IMG/VR virus record: IMGVR_UViG_3300045988_183476
Direction: 5' to 3' (one strand)
Length of the DNA stretch: 43,115 nucleotides
Source: a virus
Below the pieces are notes generated by a model, which had not been told where the DNA came from, searched no databases, and worked only from the letters and a program-made list of their open reading frames with translations. Below, one piece after another: positions 42,983 to 43,115 of this stretch. A program made the position numbers and the translations under genes. The stretch's first letter is position 1. Each line of letters opens with the position of its first letter.

Positions 42983-43115
42983 TATAAGGATTCCCCTTCC
43001 TCAACATCAGTAGGTAGGGGAGGAATTATCTAAAATTCACTAAGCGTCAGTGGTGGGCGGAGAGAGATTGGTATCCCCCACTGACAAGAGACTTAAGCAA
43101 CAGTCGGATTTTCCC
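42977..43115 (+). ncRNA. R element, type 1, 5' part (continues at 97..140 if circular)
   Basis: AAAATAATATAAGGATTCCCC...; 43020-43115 identical to 1-96. Confidence 0.6.

Noticed and set aside
1-43115. CRISPR array formed by the R copies
   Set aside because: The copies are about 180 nt long, irregularly spaced (0.1 to 26 kb) and separated by genes, and no cas genes are present. Only the tail resembles a repeat end.

Overview
The window is low-GC (roughly one-third G+C by eye) with AGGAGG-type ribosome-binding sites, so it looks like a Firmicutes/Clostridia mobile replicon or accessory island. The first 96 nt (1-96) are identical to the last 96 nt (43020-43115). The window may therefore be a circularly closed contig of about 43,019 bp, or a contig that broke in a repeat.

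About 60 mostly small genes are present, almost all on the + strand. One operon runs on the minus strand (25971-28875) and one sigma-factor gene is also on the minus strand (16914-17747).

Products I can recognise:
- a secreted Cys-rich/BspA-type LRR surface protein
- an M34/ATLF (PPEP-like) HELGH metalloprotease
- an sce7726/MmcB-like PD-(D/E)xK protein
- a DUF4116 repeat protein
- a sigma-70 family factor
- a RecD2-like SF1B helicase
- a Dam-type (DPPY) N6-adenine methyltransferase and a C5-cytosine methyltransferase
- a small HAD phosphatase
- an LPD1-like HEWAH zincin (polyvalent-protein type)
- a GNAT acetyltransferase
- DUF3841-like, DUF2493/SLOG and DUF4314 proteins
- an Rpn-tail-like fragment

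The remaining genes are small acidic or Cys-rich proteins of unknown function, several of them paralogous. I recognised no rRNA, tRNA, CRISPR array, integrase, transposase, relaxase/T4SS, replication initiator or phage structural gene.

The most unusual content is non-coding:
1. A ~180-nt multi-helix element (called 'R element' here) is present in 9 substantial copies plus fragments, all on the + strand. It has conserved loop-loop complementarity and an invariant GATTAAAACAA tail that marks sharp sequence junctions.
2. Nine copies of a promoter-proximal 5' hairpin have variable, co-varying stems and a conserved GAAAAGGAGG (STAB-SD-like) loop. Each sits at the head of a transcription unit.
3. 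A family of modular promoters is built around an ATCATACTAT -10 signature.

The intergenic space is a mosaic of these modules and often abuts truncated gene remnants. All functional calls come from motif recognition by eye. No database search or RNA folding was run.
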